IMG/VR virus record: IMGVR_UViG_3300036785_000518
Span: 1-63,974 of that record
Reading direction: 5' to 3' (one strand)
Source of the DNA: a virus
Taxonomy: Duplodnaviria; Caudoviricetes
DNA: 63,974 bases
This document shows positions 55,490-63,974 of the stretch, piece by piece. The translations under genes were made by a program, and so were the position numbers. The notes beneath the pieces are model-generated. The model saw only the letters and a list, made by a program, of their open reading frames with translations, did not search any database and was not told where the DNA came from. Numbering within the stretch: position 1 is the stretch's first letter; every line of letters starts with the position of its first letter.

Positions 55490-58400
55490 ATGTCGGACGT
55501 TTTCAACGCCAACATCAACATCAACGCGACCGACAACACCAAGAACGCGTACGCGAGCGCCGCCAAGAACGCGAGCGACGCGGCCAAGATGACGATGGAG
55601 GAATGGAAAAAAGCGACGGGCTACGTCGACCAGCACGACAAAGCCGTCGAGAAAGTCTCGAAGCGGTATTCTGGTCAGAACAAGGACCAGCTCGTCGGCG
55701 CTTTCGAGACCGCGAAGGTGGCGGCGCGCGGCTTGAACATCGGCATGATCGACCTCGGCACCACCATGACCGCCACCGTGGTCGGGGCTGCTGCCGTCGC
55801 CTTCAGCGAATTTTCCAAGATGCAGGAAGCGATGACGCGGGTGAAGAATTCGACCCACGCGACGACTGAAGAGATGAAAGAATTCAAGGAGGAAATGGAG
55901 GACATCTCCGAGCACACCGGCGTAAACGTCAAGGTGCTCGCGGCCCAGTTCATCGACTTCAAGCGAACCACTGGTCTTGCGTTAGATGATGCCAAGAAGG
56001 CATTCAAGGCGGTCGCCGAGCAAGCCTTCGTCAGCGGCGGGGACATGAAAGCCACGCTGTCCGCAGTAGGCGTCGCTGTCAATCAGATGAAGGTGCCGAT
56101 CGAAGAGGTGCCAAAGCTGCTCGACCAGTGGCTCACAACGATGGGGCCGGTCAGGGGTGAGTTCGCCGCCTTCATGGCGACCACTGGCGCATCGATGAGT
56201 GAGTTCGGTTTCAAGGGCACCAAGAACGCCAGCGATGTTGCCATCGCGTTCCAGACCATGACGCAGGGCCTCGGCGGCAACGCTGCGGCGGCAGGGCAGG
56301 CCCTGTCGGCGATCTGGAAAGAGATCATCGACAAGAACCAGTTCGGCATGCGGGTGTTCGCCCAGCAGACCAAGGAAGCGGGCGGCACTGTTGGCGACGT
56401 GATTTTGGAGTTGGACAGAAAGATCGGTGAAATCGCTCAAGGCCGCGATCGATCGACCATATCGTGGCTGTTGTTCCCGAAGTCCGAAGAGCTGCGCAAC
56501 GGGCTGACGGCCATTCACGATCAGGCCGAAGCCTACCGCAAAATGCGTGAAGAGGCCGACAAAGCTAAAGGCGCGGTCAAAGAGGGGATGGATGCCCTTG
56601 ATAAAGATGCTGCAGCCGCATTCCGTCGCATATCCGTTGCGATCGACAAGGTCATCGATGCCACCGGCACAATGTTGGAGAAATTTCATCTCAGCGACGA
56701 GCTGAAGCTATTCGCCCGCGACATCAATAATTTTACTGAGAGCGTTGTTTTCAGCTTCCACGCGGTCGAAGGCGCCTGGAGTGACTTCACAAAGGCGGTC
56801 AAAGACGACATCGAAGTAATAAAAAAAGGGTGGGAATATCTCTTTCCTCCGAAGCCGATGGTGCCGTGGGCGGGTCCTGCCGCGCCCTCCGTGCCCGGTG
56901 GCGGCCCTGGTCTCGGTTTCGGCGGGCAGCCGCCTAAAACCAAGACACCGACCCCGGATTGGTTCAAAAAATACCAGCACGGCGGCATGGTCACCGAGCC
57001 GACGCTGGCGATGCTCGGCGAGGCCGGGCCAGAAATGGTCATGCCGATGGGCGCGGGCATGGGCGCGCCAGGCGCCGGCCAGCCGCCGCAGCAGGACATC
57101 GACCGCCCCGATCCAGCAATGGCAGGCCTGTGGCGCGCCATCATGCGCAATAGGGGATACCGGCCGGGGATTGATCCGACCGCCGTGATGGGCGGGTTAC
57201 CCGGTGCTGGCGGTGAAGGTGGATGGGGCGCGGGCGGTGGACGCGGCGGCGGTGGCGGCACTGGCTCCGGCGGCAGCGGCCGCGGCGGCAGCGGCGCTGG
57301 CAGTAGCGGCGGCGGTGACACCGGCGCTGGCGGCAGCGGCACCGATGAACGCGCGACGGACGAATGGCTACGCGGTTCTGAGACCGCCGAGCTGAAGCCG
57401 CTGGGACTCTTGACCGATGCGCTTAAGGCGGGCGGCGGCCAATTGCCGGAAGGTACCATCGGCGGTCCCGGGGGCACTGGCGCAGGTCAGGGCGGCACAG
57501 GTGCTGGCGGCAGCGTTTCTGGCGCAGCTAGGACAGGAGGCGGTGGCGCAATTTACGATAAGCTGCTCGCGGCATTCCAAGGATCGGGCATTGTAGGAAA
57601 GGTGCCTAAAGGCGGGGCTCGGTTTGGGATCACCACCGGGTCGGCAGCAGAATGGGCGCGATTTGGAACGGCCGTGGCATCTGCCGAGTCGAGTTTCAAT
57701 CCCAGAACAAAGAATACGTCCGATCCGGGCGGATCGTTTGGTGTTTTTCAGTACGCGCACGGTCAAGTTCCTGGAGGGAATGCTTATGACGTAGATGCTT
57801 CCGTCAAAGCGTTTGTCAGGGATTCCCTGAGCACTGCTCGCGGCGGCCAATTCAGCGGGAGCATATTGGCCAGGCGGTTTTCCACTATTGGCAGTCACCC
57901 AGAGCGCACAGCTTCGCGCTTGGGTGAAGCAGGGAAGATTGGGGCAGGAACGGGCTTGAGTGCAAGCGGTGGCGGCACCGTGGGCGCGGGCGGCTATACG
58001 CCGTATGCGCCACCGAGTGCGGACAGTGGCGCCACCGCTGGCGGCCCCGGCTCTGGCGGGGCCTTTGAAGGCGTTGGCGCGGCCAACTTCTTCAGCGGAG
58101 GTCGCGCCGGGCAGATGGGCATGGGCATGGGCCACGGTGACAAAAGTCAGATGGTCACCCGCCAAACGGCTCTCGGCCCGATGCAGTTCAACAAGTATGC
58201 CGCCGATGACATGGTCGGCTTCGTCAACGCCCTGCATGCAGCTGGTGTGCCCGGGTTGAAAAGTTACGCCGGGACGCTCAATGATCGCCTCAAACGCGGT
58301 GGCAAAACATGGTCCGAGCACGCTTTCGCCAATGCGATTGACTTCCAGCGCAGTCAAGCTGGCCAAAAGTTCGGCGTCGGCAATCCCGAGATGATGGCAT

Positions 58401-58843
58401 GGGCGCAGCAGCATCCGAAGGAATTTCAGGAGATGCTGTCGAAGTATCACATGTACTCTGGCGCACGTTTTGGCGATCCAGGTCATTTCGAATGGAGTCC
58501 AGCTCAGCGCGGCACTGGCCGCATCCAGACGGCGTCGAAGCCAGCGACGCCAGCGACGCTGCCGACTGATCACTTCAAGGACAAAAGCTGGCAGGGGCAT
58601 CCTACCCACGAGCAGAGCGGCAGTGCCGAAGCAGGTGGCGACCACACCACGGTCGATCTCGAACACATCCACAAGCTCAGAGAGCAGATGAGCAAGCCGA
58701 TCAAGACCAAGGTCGAGATCGAGACCCCGCAGCACATCGAGACGACACGGCGCACCGCGGCGCGCCAGACCGCGCGGTGGGACCGCATTGCAGAGGACCG
58801 CCACGATCGCCACCGCGCGTCGGCCAACCTGGGGTTTGCATAA
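55490..58843 (+). CDS. tape measure protein with lysozyme-like and M15-peptidase-like domains
   Basis: helical N-half; HGGMV..LGEAGPE; AESSFNP..GVFQ; SEHAFANAIDF..DPGHFE. Confidence 0.88.
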   Translation: MSDVFNANININATDNTKNAYASAAKNASDAAKMTMEEWKKATGYVDQHDKAVEKVSKRYSGQNKDQLVGAFETAKVAARGLNIGMIDLGTTMTATVVGAAAVAFSEFSKMQEAMTRVKNSTHATTEEMKEFKEEMEDISEHTGVNVKVLAAQFIDFKRTTGLALDDAKKAFKAVAEQAFVSGGDMKATLSAVGVAVNQMKVPIEEVPKLLDQWLTTMGPVRGEFAAFMATTGASMSEFGFKGTKNASDVAIAFQTMTQGLGGNAAAAGQALSAIWKEIIDKNQFGMRVFAQQTKEAGGTVGDVILELDRKIGEIAQGRDRSTISWLLFPKSEELRNGLTAIHDQAEAYRKMREEADKAKGAVKEGMDALDKDAAAAFRRISVAIDKVIDATGTMLEKFHLSDELKLFARDINNFTESVVFSFHAVEGAWSDFTKAVKDDIEVIKKGWEYLFPPKPMVPWAGPAAPSVPGGGPGLGFGGQPPKTKTPTPDWFKKYQHGGMVTEPTLAMLGEAGPEMVMPMGAGMGAPGAGQPPQQDIDRPDPAMAGLWRAIMRNRGYRPGIDPTAVMGGLPGAGGEGGWGAGGGRGGGGGTGSGGSGRGGSGAGSSGGGDTGAGGSGTDERATDEWLRGSETAELKPLGLLTDALKAGGGQLPEGTIGGPGGTGAGQGGTGAGGSVSGAARTGGGGAIYDKLLAAFQGSGIVGKVPKGGARFGITTGSAAEWARFGTAVASAESSFNPRTKNTSDPGGSFGVFQYAHGQVPGGNAYDVDASVKAFVRDSLSTARGGQFSGSILARRFSTIGSHPERTASRLGEAGKIGAGTGLSASGGGTVGAGGYTPYAPPSADSGATAGGPGSGGAFEGVGAANFFSGGRAGQMGMGMGHGDKSQMVTRQTALGPMQFNKYAADDMVGFVNALHAAGVPGLKSYAGTLNDRLKRGGKTWSEHAFANAIDFQRSQAGQKFGVGNPEMMAWAQQHPKEFQEMLSKYHMYSGARFGDPGHFEWSPAQRGTGRIQTASKPATPATLPTDHFKDKSWQGHPTHEQSGSAEAGGDHTTVDLEHIHKLREQMSKPIKTKVEIETPQHIETTRRTAARQTARWDRIAEDRHDRHRASANLGFA

Positions 58844-59383
58844 ATGGCGCTGATGACCACGGGCAAGACCAACTGGCGGCTAACCACGCCATCTTCCAAC
58901 AGCTGGGTGCTGCCTACTACCAATACTCAGGGCGGCGAAATCTCGACGCTCTACAGATGGGGCACGATCGAGTTTCAGATTTTCCCGCTCAACGTCCACG
59001 AGGTGGATCACGAGACGGCGAGCGATTGGGCGCACAAGGAGATTGCGGGGGCTGCGATCTATCGCGAGTGGGTCGGCGAAAATGACGAGTCGATCTTTCT
59101 GCGCGGTAAGATATTTCCCTACCGCATCGGCGGCATGACCGAGATGGAGCATTTCAACGCGATGCGCCGGGCGGGCGTCGCCAACCTTTTGATCCGCGGC
59201 AATCCTGGCGATGTGCTGGGCTGGTTCGTCTGCGAGCGGCTGGTGCGGGCGCACACGTTCTTGTCGGCCGAAGGCGTCGGTCAGCAGATCACGTTCGAGG
59301 CGGTGATGGCGCGGGTGCCGATTCCCGAAGCCGACAACTACCTCAGCCAGATATGGAAGACCTCGGGAGCGGGATCGGACTAG
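58844..59383 (+). CDS. P2 gpU-like tail protein
   Basis: DWAHKEIAG..EWVGE..I.LRGKIFP..GDVLGWFV. Confidence 0.8.
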   Translation: MALMTTGKTNWRLTTPSSNSWVLPTTNTQGGEISTLYRWGTIEFQIFPLNVHEVDHETASDWAHKEIAGAAIYREWVGENDESIFLRGKIFPYRIGGMTEMEHFNAMRRAGVANLLIRGNPGDVLGWFVCERLVRAHTFLSAEGVGQQITFEAVMARVPIPEADNYLSQIWKTSGAGSD

Positions 59384-59389
59384 CCAGGC

Positions 59390-59545
59390 TCATATTCGTC
59401 CCGTGAGCATGAGCACAATGAGGATGATCAGCAACACGCCGATGATTCCGCCAGGGCCATAGCCCCAGCCGGTGCTGTACGGCCAATGAGGCATGGCGCC
59501 TACAAGCATCAGAACGAGGATAACCAGCAGGATTGTCGTGAGCAT
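59390..59545 (-). CDS. DUF3309 family small membrane protein, antisense
   Basis: TILLVILVLMLVGAMPHWPYSTGWGYGPGG. Confidence 0.8.
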   Translation of the reverse strand: MLTTILLVILVLMLVGAMPHWPYSTGWGYGPGGIIGVLLIILIVLMLTGRI

Positions 59546-59561
59546 TGGATGGAGTCCTTCA

Positions 59562-59834
59562 ATGGCGGTCACCAGCTTTGAAATATGGAAAGTCGAGAGC
59601 GAATACGTTACTGCCGATCTTATAACGTGGAAGAAGTATCGCAACAAAGCGCCCGGCATCGTCGAGCAGATGCTCGACCTCAATCCGCAGCTCGCCTATT
59701 GCCACCGGGTGACGCCGTTCATTCCGGTCGGCACCTTCATCCGTCTGCCGATCGATCCCGAGCTGCTGGCTGGCCGTCCGACACCGCTACCACAAGATTC
59801 CCTTTGGACGGATAAAGCGGGCTATCGCATATGA
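59562..59834 (+). CDS. tail protein X (LysM-like)
   Basis: DLITWKKY..VEQMLDLNPQLA..IPVGTFIRLP. Confidence 0.85.
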   Translation: MAVTSFEIWKVESEYVTADLITWKKYRNKAPGIVEQMLDLNPQLAYCHRVTPFIPVGTFIRLPIDPELLAGRPTPLPQDSLWTDKAGYRI

Positions 59835-61057
59835 CGCTGGTCGATCCGGCGTTCGGCCGCCTGTACGATCCCTTCATCGGTGATCAGACACAAAGCAATC
59901 GCCTGCGCGCCGACTGCCGCATTATCGTCAACGGCTTGGATGTCACCTCCAAAGTCGATCCGCACCTGATCAGCGTGCGAGCGCTCACCGGCGCACATCT
60001 GGAGGATTACCAGTGCGAGATCGAGCTGGACGATCGTGACGGCCGCCTGCCGATTCCTCCGATCGGCGCCAAGCTGCAGATTTATTTCGGCTGGCGCAAT
60101 GAAGCCACGTCACTGGTGTGGGACGGCGTCATCCATGACGTCGAGCACGGCTTCGGGCGCAAGCAGGGCGGCCGCCGTATGTGGATACACGGCAATGGAG
60201 GCGAGCAGATGCGCGGCGGCAAGGAACCGCAGAACAGAAGCTCGGGCGAGGGCGCCAAGGATGGCGAGCAGGGCCCGCCGATACCGGTCTCCATACCGCT
60301 CAAGGCAGCGGCCCAAGCGGCGGGGCACACGATCACCGTTCATCCCGATCTCGATGCGCAGAGCAAGAATCGCGACTACTGGCAACAGTCAGGTGAACCT
60401 TACTACCATTATGCCACGCGCCTTGCGCAGGAGATGGGCGCGATGTTTCGGGTCAAGAGCGGCACCGTTGGCGAATTCACCATCAAGGGCGAGAACGTCG
60501 ATGGCACTCCGACGCCATCAGTCCAGGCGATATGGGGGCAGAACTTGATCGGCTGGCGGGTGCGCCCGTTGGCGGCGCGGCCGATGTGGAAGCAAACGGC
60601 GCAGCACTTCTTCGATGTCAGCGCTGGCAAGTGGAATGAGGCTATGAAGCAGACCGGCCTCTCGGCGCCGTTCAATATGGGCGATGCCAAGTTCACATTG
60701 CCAACGCCTGCTCCGAATGCACAGCAGGCTGGCGGCGACAATGAGGGCAGCGACGACGGCATGGGGCAAGCGCAAGGTCCTGGCCGCATCGTTATCAACG
60801 GCGAGCCGACCGCGCAGGGCAATTGCTACGTTCAGCTCACCGGCGCGCGCCCGGGCGTCGACGGCACTTACTGGTGTCCGGTCGCCGAGCACATCTACTC
60901 GCGCCAGGGCTACATCACTTGGCTCGACGTCAATGCGGTGCAGATCACCGGCCAGGGTGGATCAAACCCGCCATACACCGCCGACCCGAGCATAACCCAG
61001 CCGCGGCCGCAGCCGCCGGCGACGCCAACCACGCCTACTCCACCGTCGAACAATTAG
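59831..61057 (+). CDS. late control D-like baseplate hub protein
   Basis: VNGLDVT..IELDDRDG..QSGE..RLAQEMGA..ARPGVDGTY..H.YSR.GY. Confidence 0.85.
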   Translation: MTLVDPAFGRLYDPFIGDQTQSNRLRADCRIIVNGLDVTSKVDPHLISVRALTGAHLEDYQCEIELDDRDGRLPIPPIGAKLQIYFGWRNEATSLVWDGVIHDVEHGFGRKQGGRRMWIHGNGGEQMRGGKEPQNRSSGEGAKDGEQGPPIPVSIPLKAAAQAAGHTITVHPDLDAQSKNRDYWQQSGEPYYHYATRLAQEMGAMFRVKSGTVGEFTIKGENVDGTPTPSVQAIWGQNLIGWRVRPLAARPMWKQTAQHFFDVSAGKWNEAMKQTGLSAPFNMGDAKFTLPTPAPNAQQAGGDNEGSDDGMGQAQGPGRIVINGEPTAQGNCYVQLTGARPGVDGTYWCPVAEHIYSRQGYITWLDVNAVQITGQGGSNPPYTADPSITQPRPQPPATPTTPTPPSNN

Positions 61058-61079
61058 GTCATCCACAGGAGAGCAACAC

Positions 61080-61454
61080 ATGGCTGCTTCGCTTGAAGAT
61101 CGCGTCCTCGATTTTGGTCTCAATGTGCTCGATATCGAAAGCTCGTTTTTGAGTGTGTGCTCGGCCGAGCCGACGACGATCGCGATCGCGGCGACCACCG
61201 GCCTGCTCGGCTTCAAGAGCTGGGGCGCTGGCCTCGTATTCGCCGCGCCCGCCGCCGGATCGCCCAACGGCCGCAAGGTCACCGCCACCGCCGTCTCCGA
61301 CGGCACCATCACAACGTCTGGGACGGCGTCATGGTGGGCGGTATACGCGAGCGGCACGCTCCACGCGCACGGAACACTTTCTTCAACCCAGGTGGTTACT
61401 GCTGGAAATACCTTCACGTTGACCGCCTTTGACGTGCGTATCCCGTCTCAATGA
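61080..61454 (+). CDS. hypothetical virion-associated protein
   Basis: AGGAG RBS; GTITTSGTASWWA..VTAGNTF. Confidence 0.6.
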   Translation: MAASLEDRVLDFGLNVLDIESSFLSVCSAEPTTIAIAATTGLLGFKSWGAGLVFAAPAAGSPNGRKVTATAVSDGTITTSGTASWWAVYASGTLHAHGTLSSTQVVTAGNTFTLTAFDVRIPSQ

Positions 61455-61576
61455 CGTTTTGGTTGTGGTAGAAAAAAGTATTGCCAAGCAGTCCATGTGG
61501 TCATAAAAGCAAGCCGCCCAAAGCGTCGTAAGCGCTTGGGCGGCTCTAACCACAACACCCTTTCACGGAGGGCATC

Positions 61577-62374
61577 ATGGCTGCCGACGACCATCTCACC
61601 ACGACATCCACGAAGCAACAGAAGCAATCTGGTGCCGAGCGGCAACGCGCTTATCGGGCGCGCAAGGCTCGACGAGAGGCGCTTCTAGAAGAGGCAAGGG
61701 ACGATCCAAAGTTTGCTTGGGAATTGGCGGAAGCCGATATGGCACCACCGCCGAGCGCCAAGAAATGCCGCATCTGCGGCGAGGAAAGGCCGCTTGATGA
61801 AGAGCACTTCCACATCAGGGAATCGTCTCGCGATGGCTTCCGCACCGAATGCCGCGAGTGCGTTCGCAAGAGACAGGAAAAGTACAACCGTTCCGAGGGG
61901 CGCAAGCTTGCGCGTTACGAGCGTGAAAGCAAATTACGTCGCACCGATCCTGAGTGGGCCGAGCGGCAACGCATCCATGTGCGTGATTGGGTGGCACGTC
62001 GTCCAGCGGAGCAGCGACGTGAATACGACGCCCAGCCACGTGTAAAACAGCGTAAGGCAAGAGAGCATCGCGCTTGGGTTCAAGCTAATCCCGATAAGCA
62101 TCTTCAAAACTACCATAAGCGGCGCGCTCTAAAGCGCGGCGCTGAAGGCACTTATACGCCGGACGATCTCACCCGGATCATGGATGAGCAAGGTTGCATC
62201 TGCTTCTACTGCGACGAAAGCATTCTGATCGAGTGGACGATCGAACATTTCATCCCGCTATCGCGAGGCGGCACCAACTGGCCCAGCAATATCAGGCTGG
62301 CGTGCAAGGCTTGTAATTCCGCCAAGCACGACAAGCTGCCTAGCGAGTTTGAGCCAAAGGTCCGGCGTTACTAA
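61577..62374 (+). CDS. HNH endonuclease
   Basis: KKCRICGE..DG..ECREC; CFYC..EHFIPLSRGGTN..NIRLACKACNSAK. Confidence 0.9.
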   Translation: MAADDHLTTTSTKQQKQSGAERQRAYRARKARREALLEEARDDPKFAWELAEADMAPPPSAKKCRICGEERPLDEEHFHIRESSRDGFRTECRECVRKRQEKYNRSEGRKLARYERESKLRRTDPEWAERQRIHVRDWVARRPAEQRREYDAQPRVKQRKAREHRAWVQANPDKHLQNYHKRRALKRGAEGTYTPDDLTRIMDEQGCICFYCDESILIEWTIEHFIPLSRGGTNWPSNIRLACKACNSAKHDKLPSEFEPKVRRY

Positions 62375-62408
62375 GTCTGCCTGTATCAAGAGTAGTCGCT
62401 TTGGTGCT

Positions 62409-62437
62409 GGCCGCCTTCCTGGCGGCCTTCATCTTTT
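62409..62437 (+). terminator. possible intrinsic terminator
   Basis: GGCCGCC-ttcct-GGCGGCC then TTCATCTTTT. Confidence 0.4.
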
Positions 62438-62546
62438 GGCGTGTTCGCCAACCCTTCTTCGACGCTTGGATGCTGATCGCGACTGGTCTGCTTTTGCGCG
62501 GCATCGGGCTCTCCCATCATGAAACATTGTGTTGGAAAGGTGACGC

Positions 62547-63974
62547 ATGCAGCAGGAGTACGTCAACGGGGGCGCTGTGTTCGATATTCCGAGCATGGGG
62601 GTAGTACCAGGGCCCGGGCAGAAAACCGAGCCAGCGACGCCCGTGCGGCCGCCAGCGGCCTTCTTTTCCCCACGCAAGGTCGAGACGCGCCACGGCACGT
62701 TCTCGATTTATGACGAGGACGAGCTGGTCGGCCTGTCGCTGGCGACCTATGGCGAATATTCCGAAAGCGAGGTCGTTGTTTTCCGGAAATGCCTGCGCCC
62801 TGGTCACGTCGCCATCGATGTCGGCGCTAACATCGGCGCCTTCACGGTGCCGATGGCGAGGTTGGTCGGGCCCACCGGCCAGGTGATTGCGTTCGAGGCG
62901 TCGCCGACCAACGTGCCGCTCTTGATGAGCAACCTTGCCCAGAACGGGCTGCCGCAGGCGAAGGTCATTCCGATGGCGGCGTCCGACCATGTCGGCACCA
63001 TCAAGGTATCCCGGCAGGACGCGCTGCACGCCTATTGCCGCCCCGAGATCAACGACGGCGACTTCGAGATCGGCTGCACCACGATCGACAGCCTCGAACT
63101 GCCCGCGGTGCAGTTCATTAAGATCGATGTCGATCGCCACGAGCAGCAGGTGCTGCGCGGCGCCGAGGCGACGATCAAGCGCTGCCGACCGATCATTTAC
63201 ATCGAGAACGAGGACCAAGATACGTCCGAAGCGCTGATCGCCCAGCTTGTTTCGTACGGCTATCGCATGTACTGGCATCGGCCATACCACTTCAACAGCG
63301 GCAATTTCCGCGGCGTGAAGCGCAACATCTTCGGTGTGCTGGTGTCCGTCATGATGCTGTGCGTGCCCGAAGAGGGCGCCAGCGACGGCAAGCCGTGGGG
63401 CGTGAGCAACCTCGACGAGGTCGCCGACATCCGCCAGGACGACCAGATGTTCGAGCGCGAGATCATCCGCTACCGCCGGGTGATCGAGCGCGAGCCGAAC
63501 GACCTGATGTCGCGGCTTTTGGTGGCTCATTATGAGCAGCTCATGCAGCGCACCTACAACGCCGCGACGCTGATCGAGACCAACCTGCGGATCGATCCCG
63601 AGCACAAGCCGACGCTGCATGTGCGCGCGCTGCACGATCTGCAGATGGGACGCTGGCGGAAGGGCTGGAAAGGCTACGAGCTGCGCCACGGCCAGCCGCA
63701 CCTTCATCTGATCGGTGCCGATCGCAAGCACGACTGCCCGCGGTGGGACGGCACGCCGACCAATGAGCCGGTGGCGATCTGGAGCGAGCAGGGATACGGC
63801 GACACCATCATGTTTGCCCGCTTCATGAAGCATGTTCTTGCCCGCGCGCCGAACGCGTTTCTTGAGGTGCAGCCCGAGTTGTGGGAGCTGTTCGAATATT
63901 CGCGCGGCCTGCTCGGCCTGCCGCAGAATGCAATCTACCGCCTGCGCCGCCAGCTGCCGCCCTATGCGTTCCAT
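62547..63974 (+). CDS. FkbM-family methyltransferase fused to TPR and glycosyltransferase-like domains (3' truncated by window; absent from ORF track)
   Basis: open frame from ATG 62547: YGEYSESE..IDVGANIG..AFEASP..IKIDVD..RPIIYIEN, then GRWREGWKGYELR..PRWDG..WSEQGYGDTIMFARF. Confidence 0.85.
   Translation, partial: MQQEYVNGGAVFDIPSMGVVPGPGQKTEPATPVRPPAAFFSPRKVETRHGTFSIYDEDELVGLSLATYGEYSESEVVVFRKCLRPGHVAIDVGANIGAFTVPMARLVGPTGQVIAFEASPTNVPLLMSNLAQNGLPQAKVIPMAASDHVGTIKVSRQDALHAYCRPEINDGDFEIGCTTIDSLELPAVQFIKIDVDRHEQQVLRGAEATIKRCRPIIYIENEDQDTSEALIAQLVSYGYRMYWHRPYHFNSGNFRGVKRNIFGVLVSVMMLCVPEEGASDGKPWGVSNLDEVADIRQDDQMFEREIIRYRRVIEREPNDLMSRLLVAHYEQLMQRTYNAATLIETNLRIDPEHKPTLHVRALHDLQMGRWRKGWKGYELRHGQPHLHLIGADRKHDCPRWDGTPTNEPVAIWSEQGYGDTIMFARFMKHVLARAPNAFLEVQPELWELFEYSRGLLGLPQNAIYRLRRQLPPYAFH

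Noticed and set aside
55007-55500. programmed frameshift in tail chaperone
   Set aside because: no slippery heptamer seen and the stop abuts the TMP start, leaving no room for an extended product
57180-57560. GGC-rich low-complexity repeat as a separate element
   Set aside because: explained by the Gly-rich linker of the tape measure protein
57368-58813. 481-aa minus-strand ORF, and similar long antisense ORFs at 1144-2370, 38527-39720 and 54851-55915
   Set aside because: antisense shadows expected from high GC3 codon bias; no motifs, opposite well-supported genes
62517-63974. 485-aa minus-strand ORF
   Set aside because: shadow of the plus-strand FkbM/glycosyltransferase frame, which has clear motifs
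1-63974. integrase, att sites, tRNA genes or group I introns
   Set aside because: none recognised by eye; core genes flanking the endonucleases appear uninterrupted; lifestyle cannot be determined from this window

Overview
The whole window looks like one tailed-phage (Caudoviricetes) genome segment with high GC and a P2/Mu-like contractile tail. No host genes, integrase, repressor pair, rRNA, tRNA or CRISPR array were seen. An alphaproteobacterial host is inferred only from gene content and promoter style. Gene order: (1) replication/recombination module with a RuvC-like resolvase, an intein-containing SF2 helicase, a Zn-finger/Toprim primase and SSB (62-7992); (2) leftward early operon behind a sigma70-like promoter, with a DUF932-like gene, an HTH gene and a Rap1a-like immunity gene (8397-13145); (3) terminase small and large subunits, then a 7.3-kb insert with fiber-like genes before the portal; (4) head module with portal, MuF, DUF2213, cement, DUF2184 major capsid and neck genes; (5) baseplate, fibers, sheath, tube, tape measure with two wall hydrolases, and gpU/X/D; (6) an FkbM methyltransferase-TPR-glycosyltransferase fusion running off the right end. 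The most notable observations are seven free-standing homing-type endonucleases plus an intein, synonymously recoded patches in the neighbouring conserved genes, two highly structured non-coding regions, a Tad2-like (DUF2829) gene, and domain sharing between head and tail proteins. All family assignments come from motif recognition by eye, not from database searches.
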